A DNA stretch of 64,000 bases from Flaccisagitta enflata (Eukaryota), in NCBI GenBank assembly GCA_965153355.1, contig OZ231126.1:2294001-2358000 (forward strand), read 5' to 3'. The notes under the pieces were generated by a model. That model did not search any database. It saw only the letters and a list, made by a program, of their open reading frames with translations, and was not told the origin of the DNA. Positions 60,322 to 64,000 of this stretch are shown here, in pieces (the stretch's first letter is position 1; the number at the start of each line of letters is the position of its first letter). The position numbers and the translations under genes are program-made.

Positions 60322-63317
60322 CATAAAAGCAAACTATATCAGGGGCAATGAATGGTGATCAACCGTCGCCGGATTCGTGGAAGTAGGCTTTGAAACATAT
60401 GAAAAGCCACTTCATTTCTGTATTTAGGAAGTTAGTTAAAAAATATCATTTTCTCAAAGGCTAAATACTGATATTTTAAGAATATTAATGAAGTGAATAC
60501 ATCAGTTATGGGTTCACATACATTTATTTTAGAGCAAATAGAATATTATGTAGCGTTAAATAAACGAGCATTAGCTTTTTCGGGGCGGTTGTGCCTATAT
60601 TGTCCGAAGGGACAAAGGTAGGAGTGGACAGAGAATGGATTTAAATGAATTGTTTCATGGACTTCAAATGCGATGGCGCCTAGTGCTAGTGGTTATGGTT
60701 GGCCCTTGTTGGCCCTTGTGAAGAGGACCGTTATCATTCTTTTGTTACTTAGCGGAACCTATCGCGTACGTAGCCTTATGTCCTCCCGCCTGTTTATTGT
60801 CTTTGCCATGCAGCGCTTCAGGCTGAAACCTGATGGAAATATTTATGAACCATATTTAAAAAAGTTGTACTGTCGCATTCTTGAAGTTTTAACTGTAATC
60901 CTTATTCTTAACTAGTTGCGGTTGATGATTACGTCAAATGTACCGTAAGGATGGTTTAAAGCTTTTTCTGGGTTTTAAACTTCAGATAGTTTACTACTTA
61001 GTAACTTATATGTTAAAGTGCTGGCTTTTCCTTATACAAAAATCTTGATTACAAATTATTCATAGTTTACGGCTTTGTAACTCTTTTTATCTGAAAATTG
61101 AAACAATGTTTTCGTTAATTAAAAAACTAGAACTTACCCTTAAAGTACTTCAAGCCTCTGTCCCTTAAAAACATTGTTCTTACTCAATCGATTTGCGTAT
61201 GAATGTGTCAACTTGTGCGTTTGATCAGGGGGCAGCAATTGAGGCTTAACATAAATCGGTGCTCAATACATTTGTCATAGATTCTTTTTCATCTATGTGT
61301 AGCCTTAGTATTTTAACTGTATCCGTACTTATAGACTGAGAACTGTATCAGTATCAAAAATTCCCTAAAGTTTAGTATATCGTTATACATGGTCAAGTTA
61401 CTTATAGAAATACTATGATTATGTAACCTTGTGAGCTATAATGATTTATAGGTCTCTCAATGAACTCTGGCATCAAACTCGTCCTACTGTCTTGGCATGT
61501 TTACTCTACGCCTTGTACTTATTTTTCCCATCCAAACAGTTTCCATCTTATCTGATGTTTGTTTATTTTGTCCTCTCTTAAGGGCAAAATCGTGATTTTC
61601 TCTTGTGAGCTTATGTGTCTACATCGTGTGAATGCATAGGTTTTGTAATAATGAAATAGGCTTACCTTCTTCGATTATGTCGGCGTCCTTTGACATTTGC
61701 GCAGGTAGTTGGTCTTGCTTCTGCAGTTTCTGCCTAAACTTTGTCTAAATTGTGTTCTCTTTTTCTCTGTTGATGTGGTTTTAGCGACGAGGGGGAGAAA
61801 AATAGGAGGAAAGTTCTTCTTTTCGTACGCTCAAAACCACACTTGGTCTTCAATTTTTCACAAAAGCTAACACACTGGTGATGACAGTCCTGGATGTGAG
61901 CGTAGAAAAACTCGCGGGATTCTTGAGACCTTCGCACCAATTGGTCCATCCTCTTTTCACCCCACACCCTCCCAAAAGGAAAGCTTATCATCGGCCCTAA
62001 TCGGTTTGCTTTACCCGGCCGAGAGATCGCCGTGTGAATCACCTCAGGCCAACTTTACAAAAGGCACTGCAAATCAAATGGTCAACAAAGAGTGGATAAA
62101 AAACTCAGACCAACCGGCGAGTGAACAGCTTGGCTAGTGCTTGTCTTCTACCTTTACAGAAAAAGAAACTAATTTAGCCAATAAATGACAAAAGCTCAAA
62201 AGCAAGCGGAAAAAAGTACAAAAGACCGAGGGCTGGCGATGCGAGACAAAAACAGTGGAACCCCGCAATAACAGACTCGTTTTTAAAGGTTTCCCATCAT
62301 TAAAGATCAAGTGGTGGCTCTTAATGCAACTTCATCTCTGCTTAAATGGTAAACCTGAATTGGAGGTAAAGGGTCTTCAACCCCAAAGGATCGATAAAGC
62401 AGGGTCCTACTGTAATTGTTACAAATTAGAGTGCAAAGTACAAGGAGACAACAAACAATTGGCTAACATCAGCCACTGGTCGGTGAAACTCAATAAGTCA
62501 GAAAATCATAATACAAACCTAAATCGAAAGTCCATTTCTTCTGCAGTCTTTACTCTTGAAACTTCAATCTTCCTCCAACTCCCTCGATCTTAATCTGCTT
62601 CTCTCCACTTCTCATCTATTTTTTGAAATAGTAGCTATGAACAAAATAATTACAACTATTTCCGGTGGAGGAAATAGCCAATCAGATACTGAAAGGTACT
62701 GCCTCTGACATTGACGTCAACAGACATAACACTGTCATTTCAACCAAACTGCGGGCAGAAAGTCCTCCATGGACTAATTGCCACCGGAGCCTTCTTTTGT
62801 CGGCGCCAACGAAGACAGTGGCCCAGAAGTGCCTTTCGCGCCTTGTTTGGCTTCAACACTGCTGGCACCAGCAGCAGCGACAGCAGCAGCAACAGCTGGA
62901 TCGGCACTGCGTTAACGAAAGATGTCAAATTGTCTACTTACCCGAAATAAAAGCAGCACCGCGACGATTACATTTATCGAACACTGAGAAATATATTGAG
63001 CATTATCAAACCCAATTTGTGTTTTCAAGAAGAGACAACCGACAATGATTGACAGCATGATATAGCCAACGACGTTGAAAGCAACCTACAGAAGTGATGT
63101 TGACAGTCATAAATAAATGCCATGTGTTTTACATGACTGCATGACTTCCTTGAAAACACACCTAAAATGAAAAAACAAAGATTTAAGTCAAATATCGCGA
63201 CGCCCAGAAAAAACCTACAAGAAAAAAATTTAAAACCAATTAGTTATTCTGTACACATTAACTAAAGTCTTTTTCCCTCCCTTTTTTGGTCTAAAATGGA
63301 AAAAAGGGGGAGATAAT

Positions 63318-63731
63318 GGTTGGAGTCCTAATCCCAGTATTGAATCCCTGAGTTCGGTTCAAGTCCGCAACTCACGGATAAGGGTTCGAGTCCCAGTTAG
63401 CGGTTTAAGTCCGTGATTAACAATTTTCAAAGGCAGTTTTCCCCTTTTGGGCCTCCAACGGAAAAAGGGGAGGAGGGCAAAAACAGGTACAAGTGTTGGT
63501 TGAAGTCCAACGGAAAAAACAAAATTGTTGGTTAAAGTCCAATAGGTGCAAGTGTTGGTTAAAGTCCAACAGAAAAAAATTGTTGGTTAAAGTCCAACAG
63601 GTGCAAGTGTTGGTTAAAGTCCAGCAGGTACAAGTGTTGGTTTAAGTCCAACAGGTACAAGTGTTGGTTAATGTCCAACGGAAAAATGTTGGTTCAAGTC
63701 CAACAGGTACAAGTGTTGGTCAAAGCCCTAC
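63318..63731 (+). repeat. Array of B-box/T-arm-like hairpins (GG-TTNAAGT-CC)
   Basis: Three unique-stem hairpins at 63349-63414, then nine GTTGG-TTNAAGT-CCAAC-type units at 63494-63731. Confidence 0.8.
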
Positions 63732-63794
63732 GGGGAATTGTTGCATTGATATTGAGCCACTGCTTGCATTGATACTGATTTCTCTTATATTTCT

Positions 63795-63972
63795 GAGGCC
63801 AACGTAACCATCCTTATGAAATCTGCAAACTTGACCTAAGCCTGCATGATGATGCTGTTTCTACTCGCAAGTAATGGCAGCAGAGGCCAACGTAACCATC
63901 CTTATGAAATCTGCAAACTTGACCTAAGCCTGCATGATGATGCTGTTTCTACTCGCAAGTAATGGCAGCAGA
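63795..63972. repeat. 88-bp exact tandem duplication
   Basis: GAGGCCAACGTAACC...GTAATGGCAGCA occurs twice, starting at 63795 and 63883. Confidence 0.9.
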
Positions 63973-64000
63973 CACCCTCAGACGGTTTCTTGTGTCAAGT

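Noticed and set aside
62665-63110. Short Q/S-rich ORFs
   Set aside because: No ATG-led or spliceable frame with recognisable motifs.
63483-63731. CRISPR array or tRNA genes
   Set aside because: Linkers are short and themselves repeated. No acceptor stem, D arm or anticodon arm could be folded around the T-loop motifs.

Overview
This is AT-rich, microsatellite- and transposon-dense eukaryotic DNA, probably from an invertebrate animal (inferred from GT-AG introns, BEL/Pao and Helentron-type elements). Four host loci can be supported. (1) An intronless, disrupted ~1000-codon gene (8226-11269) with a possible permuted papain-like domain, a degenerate NERD-like region and an SF1/Schlafen-type helicase. 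(2) A 3-exon gene (17652-24509) whose N-terminus resembles only the second half of a MADS box. (3) A 3-exon LicD/fukutin-family type II membrane protein (37011-40595). (4) A 2-exon yippee-like gene (59526-60321). Mobile DNA includes a 4.4-kb hAT-type composite element with an 8-bp TSD (915-5360), many MITEs and Helentron-type non-autonomous elements, and an internally deleted BEL/Pao element (41599-50134). That BEL element appears inserted into a Gypsy-like LTR, which is followed by a gag-protease-TM ORF lacking RT/IN (54161-57736). Unusual structures are polar, decaying echoes of exon ends plus splice donors in two genes, and an array of T-arm/B-box hairpins near 63.3-63.7 kb. All family calls come from motif recognition by eye; no database search was run.
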